Assembly (NCBI RefSeq): GCF_009914755.1
Contig: NC_060947.1
Reading direction: 5' to 3' (one strand)
DNA: 64,000 bases
Origin: the human T2T-CHM13v2.0 reference genome, Homo sapiens
Numbering within the stretch: position 1 is the stretch's first letter; each line of letters starts with the position of its first letter. A model generated the notes under the pieces. The model saw nothing but the letters and a program-made list of their open reading frames with translations. It was not told where the DNA came from and did not search any database. The position numbers were made by a program, and so were the translations under genes. Positions 40,298-54,852 of the stretch are shown here, piece by piece.

Positions 40298-41246
40298 TGC
40301 TGCAAGCTCTTGATAAAACTCAGATGAGGAACTGCTTCTTATTGATGAGCAAAGAAATTAGTTTCTTGAGACTGAATTAATTCTCAGTGAAGGTGCTATA
40401 ACCATTACAATGATAATAGAGGATTCCCAATATCATATAAACTTAGTTGATAATATAGTGGCAGGGTTTGAGAGTATTGACTCCAATATTAAAAGAAGTT
40501 CTACTTTCCTTAAAATGTTATCAAACAGCATTGCATGCTACAGAAAAGTCTTTTAGGAAAGAAGAGTGAATGGATATGGCAAACTTCATTGTTGTCTTAT
40601 TTTCAGAAATTGCTATAGCCACGCAACCTTCAGTAACCACCACCCTGATTTGTCAGCAGACATAAACATTAAGGCAAGACCCTCCACCGGCAAATTGCTG
40701 AAGGCTCAGATAATTGTTAGCATTTTTTAGAAATAAAGCGTTATTATTTAAGGTATGTACATTTTTTGACATAATAGCACTTCACACTTAATAGACTATA
40801 GTCTATTATAACTATAGTCTATGTGACTCATATTATTATGATATTTTCTTTATTGCAGTGCTCTGGAACCTAACCTGCAATATCTCTGAGCTATGCCTGT
40901 ATCTCTCTTAATCCATAATCCAAGCAGGGCCATCGTTTTTTTTTTTTTTTTTTTGAGATTCCTATTTATATGGAGATATAAGGTGATATACGAAAAAAGT
41001 TTCTAACAACCATGTTCGGCACCATCTTTGCCAATGGGGAAAGGGAAGACGGTCTAGCTTCCCTGATATTGAAAATATTGGAATAGAAAAGTTACCTGTG
41101 AAAGGGAGAAAGGTACAATGCTGATTCTTTCACCTGAGCAAATAGATTAAGCCATGGCTAAAGAAAATATCTGTACTTTTCAATTCCATGATACATTAAA
41201 TTAATTTATTCTCTCAATTTAGTTTTCTGTCACAAACTAAAGGACC

Positions 41247-41615
41247 TGATATGGTTTGGCTCTGTATCCCCACCCAAATTTCATTTCAAATTGTAATCCC
41301 TGTGTGTGGAGGGAGGGACCTGATGGGAGGTGGTTGGATCATGGTGGAGGCTTCTCCCATGCTGTTTTTATGATAGTGAGCGAGTTCTCACAAGATACGA
41401 TGTTTTAAAAGTGTTTGGCAGCTCCCCGCTTGCTCTTCCTCTCTCCTGACGCCTTACGAAGAAGGGGCTTGCTTCTCATTTGCCTTCCACCATGATGGTA
41501 AATTTCCTGAGGCCTCTCCAGTCATATGTAACTGTGAGTCAATTAAACCTTTTTCCTTTATAAATTACCCAGTGTCAGGTAGTTCTTTATAGCAGTGTAA
41601 AAATGAACTAATACA
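41247..41615 (+). mobile_element. THE1D/MSTA-like solo LTR
   Basis: TGATATGGTTTGGCTCTGTATCCCCACCCAAAT ... GAACTAATACA. Confidence 0.9.
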
Positions 41616-43937
41616 GACCCCAACTACAAAGCAATATGAAGTACATAGAATTTACATCTGGTTGGCTGAATTATAGCCATTCCTAGAGTAGTAATGCTAA
41701 TAATGGTGTGAAAACACACATTTTTTTGTTGCTGTGTTTTTGGTTTTTTTGTTGTTTTTGTATATTGTCACAGAGAAAAGAGAAGGCAAGGCTGCTAGTA
41801 GCTTCCTTGATCCAGAGACAATGCAAAGAAGGCACAGAAAAAGAATTGAAGATGCTTTCCTGCTGTTCTGGCCAGATTTTAATGACAATGTAACAAGCAC
41901 GTCCTGCTGGTAGGCAATATATAAAGGTATACTATTTATGGAGAAATAAACTTCTTTCAGGCTATCGTGAACTGTAAATGAACCAATATAATGAACATAT
42001 TAGCACACTAAAGAAATACTGCATTTGATATGATCAGGCGAATGTCAAAGTTAAAAAAGATAACTGAAACAGAAAATATCATGTAAGTAATTATAAAACT
42101 CAACCAGTAAAGTAAAGGGTGATTGGCACAATGCAAATTATCCTAGAGAAAGGCTAAATACAGTAGTAAAATGGAGCAGCAGGAGTGCTAAAACTCTGAA
42201 TAGGAAGGAAACAGGTACACCTGAAAGATAGTATCAAAGATAAATGACTGGTGGAGCAGTGGGTCTATGTGTGCTCATTGTTTATCAACACTAGTCTCCG
42301 TGGGGTCCAGGTGCAAGCTGAGTCAGATAATAAAATCTAACTGTTGTCTGAAACTCTCTTCAAATGGTATAGGGATCACACTGTTAGTTCCCTTCTATTG
42401 TATGGCTGTCATTACAATGACATTTATATATTTTTCCATTCTCAAATCACCTAAGAAGCCTGTAAAGAATCAGAACATTATTTCACTATTACAGAAATTA
42501 AACTCTGACAAGATGACTACTGATTAGTGGGATACTAGAATTTCACTACAGCCACCACATTATTTTTTCTATAAAATGTTCTTCCTTTAAATGCCTGCCT
42601 CTTTGTCGGTCCAGTTTTTGCAGTAAATAATCTGCAAGAAACTTATTTTGTCTTTATTCATCAATTTGTTAGATTGCCTTTCAGCTCTGTTTTTAGGCAA
42701 AATCAATAGATGTTGAACTGAAAAGTTTCTAGGAATACCTAGGGACAATTGCACTAGCAGGACAGGAAACCAGAAACTCAGTTCTAAGGAAAGCCACTCC
42801 TTTTTATCTTCTTACTAATTAATATAGAGCTCCTGAGTGTAGCAGTACTTCAAAAGCACTGTTAGGTCAACCAAAACCCCTTCATCTCAGCTCCTCCTTG
42901 ATAGTGCTCACCTCTTCAAAACATTGTCATCGATATTGTCAAAAATTATCTGCCCAGTTCCTAAATGAGGATGAAATTTTGGTACGCATAAGAACAGCGG
43001 TCTTTACTCCAAAAACGCTTTTCTTTGTGATAATGGAAACTAGCATAAGCTATAATGTTTCCTGATTATTTTTCAGATTTAACATCAATTCATTGATATG
43101 TCTAGTAGTATGTGCCAAGTGTTTTTAATAATCAAGTAACGAATATTTATTGAATGCTTATGATGGGCCCTTGTGCTATATAATATTTTGCAGAGATTAT
43201 TTCATTGAATCCTCACTAAAGATCCCCTGAGATAGTTATTATAATAATTTCAAGGCCTTTTTCAAAAAATGAAAACTGTAAAGGATAACTGCTTGTCACA
43301 TAGTTAGCATTGGTAGACCTAAGATTACTAAACTAAAACCCTTTCTTCTTTTCAATGTACCACGCCACCTACCTAGAAATTTGGGGGATGTTTTCTAATA
43401 TATGTGTTGAGTGCATTCTAGGACTCAGGGAGAATAGGTGGTAGTCAAGAAATCCGTCCTGACACTATGAGTCCTTTTGTCTCCAGATCTCTTACCCAAT
43501 CCACAAATGAGAAACTGACAACCTCATATCACTACAAGTGCCCTAGTGCCACCACCATAGTCGTGACATAATAACTTCTTTCTTGGATTGTTGTGATTAC
43601 CTTATAATTGATATCTTTGTCCCCATTTCCTTAATCTTTAAATTCATCAATGTCATACTTCCAAATTAATCTTTCTTAAATAATACTTTGCTTAATCTGC
43701 TAAGATTAAAGGCCAAGCCCTTAGAACTATGCAAACCTAAAATTGGGTTCATCCCTAAATAAGATAAATCTAAAATTATACAAGTTTTTAAAAAGGAAGA
43801 TATATATTTCTTACTAACATAAGATAAATCAGTTATGTGAATATCTGTCACATAAAATAAATGCAGGGACAATACGGTGACCACAAAATTCACCAGGACC
43901 CAGGAACTTTCCAAGTCAACATTTTACCATCAATAGA

Positions 43938-44379
43938 TGTGATGGTTAATTTTATGTGTCGAAGTGACAGGGACATGGGCTTCCCAAATTAAACAATGTT
44001 TCTGGGTGTGCCTGTGAGAATGTTTTCTAACAAGGTTGGCATTTGAATTGATGGGCTCTGCAAAGCAGATTTCCCTCTACAATGGGGGTAAGTATCATCA
44101 AATCTATCAGGGGCCTGAATAGAACAAAAAGCAGAAGAAAAGAGAATTCATCTCCTTCCTCCCAGCCTGCTTGAAATGGAACATCGGTCTTCTCCTGCCT
44201 TTGGACTGGGATTTACACCATTGACTTCCTTGGGTCTCAGGTCTTTGGACTTGGACTAGAATTATACCATGAGCTTTCCTTGTTCTCTGGCTTGCAGATG
44301 GCAGACAATAAAACTTTTCAGCTTTTATAATTGCATGAGCCCATTGTTTTTGTTTCTCTGCAGAACCCTGACGAATACA
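43938..44379 (+). mobile_element. MLT2B-like LTR nested in an older MLT1 (about 43870-44705)
   Basis: TGTGATGGTTAATTTTATGTGTC ... GAACCCTGACGAATACA. Confidence 0.85.
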
Positions 44380-45587
44380 ATAAGGTATGGCCTATGTTCT
44401 CATGGTCCAATATGGCTACCAAAGCTACAGTCATCATATTCAACTTTAATACTACAAGATGATGGAAAGAAAAAAGGTATCACCTCAAGTTTAAACAAGC
44501 TTAAAAAAAAGTAACACAGCACTAGTGCTTCTGTTTCATTGACATACGTTTAGGAACAAAAATTTGATCACTACAAGCTTATTTGTCAGTGTGGATACGC
44601 ACTCTTTCAGCTGTGGAGTGGTGTGCCTCAATAGAAGGCAAGATTCTTGTTATTGAGGAAGAAGTTATAAACAGATACTGGAAGACAAACAGCAGTCTCT
44701 ATGGACATTCCATAAAGTCTTCATGACTGGTCCTTGCCTACCTCTCCTACCTCAAGTCAAATTTTAAAATATGGAAAAATAGTTTCTAAAATATTTACAG
44801 AGTTCTTAGGATTGCTGGTACTAAGATATTGAAAAGGAAAATGCTCAAAATAAATGTGCAGCCATTAAAAACAAAATTCTGACACTGCTATAGTAAATAA
44901 TTATCATGAGAATGAATAAAAGAGTGAACAAAGAAGAGCATAAAGCTGCAAATTGAGCCCCCTGAAGACTGTCCTCTAATGGGTTAGAATTGTGAGAGAA
45001 CAAAAAATGCAAGTGAGTCCTGCGTAACTAAAGGTACACCCAGAAAATAAGACCAAACCTGTAATAGTGTTGACAAAAGACTCTAAAATGCCATTTAAAT
45101 TTACATTCAGGGAAACAGAATAAAGAAGGTACTTGTTCTCTACTGAGAGTGTTCTCAAATTTTATTCCTTTTCTGTTATCTCAACAAAAGTAGTTTTTAG
45201 GCAGGAAACAATGAAGAACATTTTATTTAAGAAAGGATTTAAGGCCAAACAAAGGGAAGGCATTATAAGAGAAAAACCTAAGATGGTTCAATGTTCTCTC
45301 ATTAAAAAAGGTATTTGGCTTGCAGTCCTTTAAATAATTTCTTGCAACATTCTATAACTGAGGAGTTCTTTAGATTCTTGTTCTTGTATTTCAGGGGGTG
45401 GGTGCCATCCTATACCATCATACATCTGTCCACAGCCACTGGCTTTGCTCTGGTATAACTTTTGCTACCACGGATCCCCACATGGAAGTCAAGTCATCAT
45501 GAACTAGAGATTATAGATTTGTTATCATTTAGCAAAGAGAAGTGGATTGAAAAGCACTCATCTTTGTTGGTTAAAAGAGAGTAAACT

Positions 45588-45912
<325 letters not shown>

Positions 45913-46495
45913 CTACCAGTCTCCACTCTGCCCCACCATTTACCTCTTGGCCCAGAGATTCAAGATCTATACTAGTGAGGGATCCATAGCCAGAACTATG
46001 ATTGATCTTAAGATTTGTAATATCTTAGAGTGAGAACGTAGGGTGGGTTGAAGATCATAAGAATATAATGATGAAAGGAAACAATCAAAGGCCTTCATCG
46101 GAGTAATGATGCTGAGGACGGTGACTAACCCAGCACTCTGACTCTACTGTTCATTTAAAATGTGTTTGTGCGAATACAGCTGAAAGCACTAGTAAAGAGA
46201 AAATGCGTGAGTTATCGACAATACAATGTAAACAAATCAATAAAAAAGAATAAAAGGAAGTAGAGTAAGATGAAGTCAGGGAGAAGTACAATGCATGGTA
46301 TAGATCAGTTCTCAATAAATGTTAGCTATTATCATATACTTGAAGTAGATGTTACTGTGTTTTTTCAATGTAGAACTTAAAGAATATACATATTGATGTA
46401 TGTTTTTGAAAAATAATAGAACTGAGAAAAATAAAAATACCATCTAAATCTCTAAAGAAAAATTCAAAGAAACATAGTCCTTGTAAGAAAAGCCA

Positions 46496-46855
46496 AGAGT
46501 AGAATGATGGTTCCTAGATGATGGGGGAGGAGGTGTATGGGGAAAGGGAAGATGCTTACCAAAGGGTACAAAGCTTAAGTTAGACAGGAGGGGTAATATT
46601 TAGTAATTTATTGCAAAGAATTTTGACTACAATTCTGACTATAATGCCTATATATTTCAAAATTGCTAATAGATTTTAAATGTTTTCAATACAAAAATTT
46701 ATTATGTGTAGTGATTAATTTGTTAATTAGGCAGATTTAATCATTCCACATTATAAAGATATAGCAAAACATCACATTATACCCCACATATATATACAGT
46801 TATTACTTATGAATTTTATAACTGTATATATAAATTAAAAATAAAATTTAAAAAA
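46496..46855 (+). mobile_element. L1MA 3'UTR fragment
   Basis: AGAGTAGAATGATGGTT...AAAGGGTACAAAG...TAGATTTTAAATGTTTTCA...AAAACATCACATTATACCCCA. Confidence 0.85.
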
Positions 46856-47492
46856 GGAAAAACAAAAGAGAAGTATACAAACAGAATGTCTAAACCATGT
46901 AAGTCAAGTGACGGCAATCAATGCTGGACCAGCGGGGCAATTTATGGTTAGTTTCTTGGGCATTTCACTTTTAATCTCTGCATTCTCCAAAGCCACTGCA
47001 ATCTACACAGCCCTAATATCAATAACAAACATAATATTTGTATGATTATTTGATGTTCTCTAATCTCATATAAGGTGTCAATGAATATCTTTGGAAGACT
47101 TTGCCTTTTTATTGATTAGTAAACACCTGAAAAAAACAAACCTGTGTCTCACTACGTCAACATGACTTTAAGATAAGTGCTCCAGCCCTTTCTTACAACT
47201 AGACACTGCCCGTGAGGCTTAGAGTCTATCTATACCAAAATTCTGGAAGAGTAAAAATGTTATTAAGTGATGTTATTAAAATTCAAAGACTCATATTTAC
47301 ATAAAATGTAGAATTCAACACTACATCATGTAAAAAATACAAATCCAACCCAAAAGAAAAATAACATTTTGAGTTAAAGAATAGGCAAACATTTACCAAG
47401 CAAAACAGAAATATAATGAGAACAGGAATAACAATATAAATTGAAAACTAAGTAAATTTCATGGCAAAAATAAATGAGATGAGAATCATTTT

Positions 47493-48205
47493 TGGTACCG
47501 GCAGGAAATCCATACAGATCTGCAGCAACCTCAATTCCTGCCTCTTCAGAAGAAAGAATTCGAGTGAGGGGCATAAAGCAGGAGGAGAGACCTAGGCAAG
47601 TTTTAGAGCAGAAGTGAAAGTTTATTAAAAAGCTTTAGAACAGGAATGGAAGGATGGAAAGTACACTAGGAAGAGGGCAAAGCAGGTGACTTGAGAAATC
47701 AAGTGTGCAGTTTGACCTTTAGACTTGAGGTTTTACCTGTTGGCGTGCTTTTAGGTTCTTGCTTCCCTTCTTCCCTGATGCTTCCCTTGGGGTGGGGTGT
47801 CTGCATGCACAGTGGCCTGCCAGCGCTCGGGAGGGGAGTACACACAGTATGCAGTGTTTACTGGAGTTGTAGGCATGCTCACTTGAGGCATTCTTCCCTT
47901 AGCCAAATGTCCGTAGGAGGTCGTATACCAGTTAAACTATGCCATTTTGCCTCCTAATGCACATGCGTTGAGCCCAATCGCTCAACTCCTGAGAGCTTAT
48001 CAAGAAGCTACTGATCAACAGTTTCAGGTTTTTCCTATCTATAGGGAGCCTGCCTGTCCCTGGTGCCAGCTGCAATCAATTATTATTTTAGAGAGACAGT
48101 TAACAACCACCTGACCATCACCTGATAGCCTGACAGTCCAGGTTGGTGTGGGGGGGTGGAGCTTCTCCTGCCTTGTTCCTGCCTGACTAGCTGCCTACTT
48201 TAACA
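47493..48205 (-). mobile_element. MER50-like ERV1 solo LTR
   Basis: CTGCAGCAACCTCAATTCCTGCCTCTTCAGAAGAAAGAATTCG ... GCCTACTTTAACA; TTTT on both flanks (4-bp TSD). Confidence 0.85.
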
Positions 48206-48612
48206 TTTTTAACGATAAAGGTAAGAAATTTTCCTTTAAATACAGGTTTTCTGCATCCCATAGGCCTTAATAGGAAGATGTATGGTTACCCTCTTGACAC
48301 AAGGATGATTTAGGTGAGTGTCCCTTTACATTTCCAAGTATTTTTGATATCACTTAAATGTGTGTTAATAATTTTTGTTCAATAGTATTTCAGTGAGAAA
48401 ATGTTCTTACTCACATTCTACGTTTTTGAAGTTACCAATCAAATGCAACTTTACTTAGTTACTTATACTATCTCTTTGTAGAGGACACAGTTTGATATAG
48501 ACCCATTCCCTCAATCATATTAGCTACATAATTCAGATTCTCAATGCCTTTGTTTGGCTATTCGATTGTTCAAAAGCTGAGAAAGACAAATTAATGTTTC
48601 CCTAAACAATGG

Positions 48613-48837
48613 TATTTCTGTAAGATTTTTCTTTTATTTCTAAGTGATTTTGCATTGTATTTTTTTCTGGTTATAGCGGGCTTATTCATTTATTTTCTGT
48701 GAATACAAATCCTTCTATGTTATTTCTGTAAGATTTTTCTTTTGTTTCTAAGTGATTCTGCATAGTTTTTTTTTTTCTGGCTGTAGTGGGCTTGTTTGTT
48801 TATTTTCTGTGACTACAAATCCTTCTTTGTTATTTCT
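48613..48837. repeat. About 108-bp tandem duplication (2 copies)
   Basis: TATTTCTGTAAGATTTTT...TACAAATCCTTCT starting at 48613 and 48721. Confidence 0.9.
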
Positions 48838-50369
48838 TCATGATAAAGTGCTCCATACACAAAGAACATGAGGTCTGGGAAAGCACTGAGAGGAAACAGG
48901 CTGTGATCCAGGCAGGCATATAGCACAAGTAAGGTCCAAACTGTGGGAACAGACATGTTTGCAATCGTCCAAGAAAACATCTTTAAAGCATCCACCAGCC
49001 TCCATTGTGTGGAAAAGCTGGATATATAGAACAAAGTGGACTGCAGTGAGTCTGGTTGCAGGTAGAAGAACGGGGTAGAGGTGACTGCTGAAAATAAATA
49101 AGAGCCTCTAACACAGTGGTAACAGGGTACTAGATGGACATAAGCCCGTCTTTTAATTTACTTTAAAATACTTCTACATATCTGTGATACAGCATATATT
49201 TGTTTGTTAATTTAAGTTATACTTTGGGTGCCGTCAGGAACCCTAAATAAAAATCCCCATATAAGAGACTGCTCAGATTCCATTCTAATCAGAAAGGCAT
49301 ATTCCACACAAGGCTAGTAAAGCACTTCTGGTAACTTTGTCTCTGGTCAACACCCGAGGCATCATGAGTTAACATAATAGAGATTAAAAATGGGCTTTCG
49401 TTATTAAAATTAGTTGCATTCAGGATATGACGATCGAATATAATAGTTTATAGATTATGCGTCCATATTCATGAGCTGAGTTTAAGAATCTAAGGATGTC
49501 TGTGGCTTCTCCAGCAGTGATTCTGTCTGGTCCTGGCCCCAGGTCCTAGTGGGGTTTCATCAAACAAATTATTTCACTTTCTGGGACCCAGTAACACCAT
49601 TTACTTACTCTTTTGGCCCTTCAGCCCAAGAGGTTAGTGACCTCTTTCTTACTAATCACTGGGTTGTCTCACTATCTACTTTGGCATTTCAGCTGTTCTA
49701 TCATCTGTGTAACCAAATCTCTGCATTAAAACATCTTAGTTTAAATAACTACAGTGCTTTCTGTTTTCCTAAGCGGACTTTTCCTCTACAATAAAGTTGC
49801 ATCTGTCTCCAGTGAACCATTTAGGCAACGTATAGTCAGAGAATATAAAAGCACAGCTACTTGGGATTTCATTGAGCTCTTAAAACAGGTGGTATTAAGT
49901 GATTTGTACATGCTTGGTAGTAAGTGTTTGTTTAAAAAATATGGGTGTATTGGCAGAATGTAGTCTAATGTAAGCTTCCATTATAAGCTGAAGGTTTTGG
50001 GGTGATAGCCAACCCTAACTTACTTCTAAATACTGCTGGACATTGTTATCCACCAGAAAATAGCCTAAGGGGTGTACATAAATAAACTGGCTTGAGTTGG
50101 TTGACAGAGTGGGTTATCAAAGCAAGGACACAGTGATATTGGAACCAGACACTTACCTGTGACTCTCTGAATTTTCTCTAAATAGAAACAGAGCCTGGAA
50201 TGAGAATAAACTTGAGAGTGGGACCAAATGACCTCAGCTGTTGAGTGTAGAAGGATTCAGGCAGAAAACAAGGAAATCATCACATCTGCAATCTCTGTTT
50301 AAGTCAATAGCATGGTGCAGCTGCCACAAGATTAATAGGAACTTATTTTCCAGAACAAGGCATATAATA

Positions 50370-50825
50370 GTCACGTTCAATTTTGCCCTAGTGAGGTAGG
50401 TTACTTTGTATGTATTGTGCTCAGTTGTAGGTGTTAGGGACTAAAGCAAATAGAGACAAACTGGAGTTTACCCAGAGAAAAATATCCTGACTGTGGAGGG
50501 CCTTTGAAATTCTGTTGTATTCAGGACTGGCTACATCATTTATGAGACCAGTGAAAAGTGAAAATTTGGGGCCTCATGTTCAAACATTGTCACAAATTTC
50601 AAGATGGTGATGTCAGAGCATTAAATCAAGCATGAAGTCTTTCTGAGCATGAGTCCCCATGGGACTGCTTAAATGATATGCCTATGAGGCTAGCCCAGAT
50701 TGTATGAGGAATAAACTGTTGACCTTGGAGATGAGTTTGAAATATAAAGGGGAGCAGAGAGGGGGGCATTGGATTGATCTTCAGCTATGTGTAAAATTGC
50801 CATATCAAATAGGATAGTGTTAGAT
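50370..50825 (+). mobile_element. L3/CR1 LINE fragment split by MER45A
   Basis: GTATTGTGCTCAGTTGTAGG...GACAAACTGGAGTTTACCCAGAGAAAA...TCTTCAGCTATGTGTAAAATTGCCAT. Confidence 0.6.
50522..50698 (-). mobile_element. MER45A (hAT-Tip100 MITE)
   Basis: CAGGACTGGCTACAT...AATTTCAAGATGGTGATGTCAGAGCATTAAATCAAGCA...GCTAGCCCAG; 8-bp TSD-like GTTGTATT / ATTGTATG. Confidence 0.85.
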
Positions 50826-52339
50826 CAAGTTATGGAAAAGTAAATCTTGTGCTAACGTAAGAACATTCTTGAAAATTAAAGTCTTGGAACAATGAATTCC
50901 TTGTTAGAACAGTGAGCACTCTACCATTTCTTCTTAGGCCTGGTGCTGCATAAGAAATTATTACGGGTAATTTGTTTAAAATAATACACATTATTAGTCC
51001 TGAATCAGATGAAAAGGGGCCCACCAGTCAGCTACCTGAGGTGTCAATATATAAGGGACACACTTAGGTATTAGAACATCACATGGACTGTAAAGAGATG
51101 GAGACAGTTAGGTTTACCACAACTTTCCTGAGACAGACTGCTTTCTGTAGTTTAAAAACAACAACAACAACAACAACTATGCTTTGGTATGCTTTTCGAA
51201 ATAGGTGCGTTAGGTACCCAGTGGGCTATCTTCAAGTATCAATAGCTGGTCACTTAAGCTTTCTTTGGATGATAGTCAACTAGCTGTAGAACTTCCATTT
51301 AGATGAATGGGAAATGCAGTTTGGGGATTAGGGCAAATGTTCTTGGGCTAATCCTAAAAAATCAGACATCCTTTGCTTTTCTCCATGTTCTACTAACAAT
51401 CTTTGAAGACATATAAAATACCAGTTTTAGGGGATAAAATTTGATTAGCCTACAAAGTACCCCACTTGGCGACCTTTGGCTTTGCCTTGGCCTCACCTTA
51501 AGTGATTGATCCAGTAGGTCTGCAATGGTCCATCCATAAGAATATGATTTTAACAAGCTCTCCAAAAGTATATGGTGGACAGCAAGTGTTGAAAATTATT
51601 GCTGTTTGTATACATGCAGCCCCTGAAAAGGTATACATGTGGCCCCTGATAAACCACATTTTCAGGACTTAGTAAATTATTCTAACTTGATAGTGAATTG
51701 GAAGAGAAGGGCATCATAAATGAACATTTTAAATTGAACACGCATTGATTTTACTAATGTACTATTAATTGAAATGAAACATGTTCTTCAGGCCAAATTG
51801 GTCCTCAATATTTCCCACATGTGTGTGTTTCTACTTCTGTGCTTTTCATCTGTCATTCTCCACCTTTAAATTTCCACCCCATGCCTTCTTCCTTTCACCC
51901 TCAGTCAAGGCTAATGTCAAGTTCCACCCTGGCTTCCAAAACATGCCAGTTCTCACAGACCTCTATCAAGGAATATTTGTGGTCCTTATTATCTATAAAG
52001 CTTATCAAAAACTTAGCTTACATTACCTAATACTGTTACACCTTTTTTATAACTTTGGCTCATTACACCAACTATTTGATGATCTTGTTGGAGAAGATAA
52101 TGCTCCCAAATACCTACCACAGTACCCTGAGGAGGGTAGTGCTTGATAAATGCACAGCCTTTTGTCAATTATGTTGATTAGGAGCTGATTATACTTAGAC
52201 TGAGTTTTCAACACATATTTGAACGTGAGGTCTGAGTGATAATTTTGACATCATATCAGCTTCAAAGGAGTCGATCAGTGTCATTTGCCATACTGATATT
52301 TATTGGAAAACTCTCCGTTTTCTCATCAGATAAATGAAT

Positions 52340-52737
52340 TGGATTAGTCCATTCTTGCACTGCTATAAAGAAATACCTGAGACTGGATGATTTATAAGAA
52401 AAGAGGTTTAACTGGTTCACGGTTCTACAAGCTTTATGCATAGCACAGTACTGGCATCTGCTTAGCTTCTTGGGATGCCACAGGAAGCTTACAGTCATGG
52501 CAGAAGGCAAAGTGGGAGCAAGCACATTACATAGTAAAAGCAGGAGTGAGAGAGAGAGTGGGGTGGGGCAGGTGCCACACACTTTTAAATGACCAGATCT
52601 CACTATCAAAAAGACAACAAGCCATGAATAATCCATCCCCACTATCCAAACACCTCCCGCCAGGCACCACCTCCATCATTGGGGATTACAATTCAACATG
52701 AGATTTGAGGACAGTGACAAATATTCCAACTATATTA
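52340..52737 (-). mobile_element. MSTA/MSTB solo LTR
   Basis: ATTAGTCCATTCTTGCACTGCTATAAAGAAATACCTGAGACTGG ... GGGGATTACAATTCAACATGAGATTTG. Confidence 0.9.
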
Positions 52738-53674
52738 TTCACGTTTTATTTTTAAATAATAATTTATTCTGTACTACTCTCTCAAGAGGCTATCAACCCA
52801 GTTAGGGGATAGATTATTATATTATTACAACACATATTGGTCAGTAGGGGCTAGGTTATACGGCAGTAACAAAGAGCCTTTAAACCTCAATGGCTTAAAA
52901 AGCAAACATCTGACAGACAATCCATGTCCATTTTGGGCTGGCCAGGAGTGTGATGTACAAGGTTCTGTTCCATGTTATTCTTACATAGCAACAGAGGCTG
53001 CAGAAAGCTCCATATCCTTGCTTTTATGAAGAAAAAAAGGAAATGCAGTGAAATATGCAATAGCTCATAAGGATTCTTTCTGGAAGCTTATATTTAACTG
53101 ACTAAAGTAGATCACTTGATTGTCCCTAGTTTTGAACAGGCTGGAGAAGTACAAACCAACCATGTGCCTAGCAGGAGGAGAAATGAAATCTTTGAGAACA
53201 TCTCCAATGACTATCAAGAAGAACTTTGTTCTGCATAACCAATAGGTTTACTTGTTTCTAATGGCTGCGACTTTTTTTTTAAATTTATTTATTTTATCCT
53301 TATTCCTTTCTCTCAGTATCTGGATGTGACTTTTTAAAACATGGAATATATACTGCTATAATTACTGAGATTTTCTCCCTTTATAGTTAACTACTCAATC
53401 TTTCTCTTTTGATTAAAAGTAGGATGCATCTCTGTTCGTGCCAATACTGCCGGGTCAGGTTGGCCATGCAATTAAACATATGAATGTAGTCTAACTACTG
53501 ATGATTTTTGGATCTCAGATCTCCCTGTAGATATAGAAAACTATGTCTAATTAAATCTTTCATCAGATATTTATTGAATTTTTACTATGTGCCAAAAATT
53601 ATACTGCAAATGAAATAACTCATATTTCTGACTGGTACACTCTAATAATCTTAGCCAATGTTATGTAGTAGTAA

Positions 53675-54059
<385 letters not shown>

Positions 54060-54512
54060 TACAAATTGGAGCTTTAAATGTGATTCCGATTTTTTTTTTG
54101 TTTGAAAATTTTTAGCTTGGAAGCGAATTATTACTTTGCAAGTATATGTCTATCGCTACCTTTATAATTAACCCTCCAAATAATTTTACATATGTGTGTA
54201 TACATTTATATGGATATATTTTCTAACAAGTAAATTATACAGACCATTTGAAACAGAAAAGTGGATCAACAAAATCTCATTGAAAATCAGATAAAATATT
54301 TAGACACCAATTTTTATTTTCTTTTATATTTTTTTCTTTTTTCATTTGTGTGAATAGTTGCTCTGAAATCCTGAGGTATAGAAAAGTAAAAATTTCACAG
54401 GCTAAAAGACAGCAATTTCTACGTATATGTCATGTTTATATAGTATTTATTTCTGATCTATTTCAGCTAAAAATGTAGAGTTCAAATTCAAGGAGCTATT
54501 AGAATAATAATA

Positions 54513-54852
<340 letters not shown>

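Larger units (their letters stand above)
38562..40899 (+). mobile_element. Tigger1 (TcMar/pogo) DNA transposon, 5' end missing, transposase disrupted
   Basis: TTTGAAGCTAGCAGAGGCTGGTTCATG (FEASRGWF), TATTGGAAGAAGATGCCATCTAGG (YWKKMPSR), ORF 39480-39815; 3' TIR ...TCTCTGAGCTATGCCTG followed by TA. Confidence 0.93.

Noticed and set aside
51608-51653. 23-bp tandem duplication GTATACATG..GCCCCTGA
   Set aside because: Two diverged copies only; ordinary local duplication
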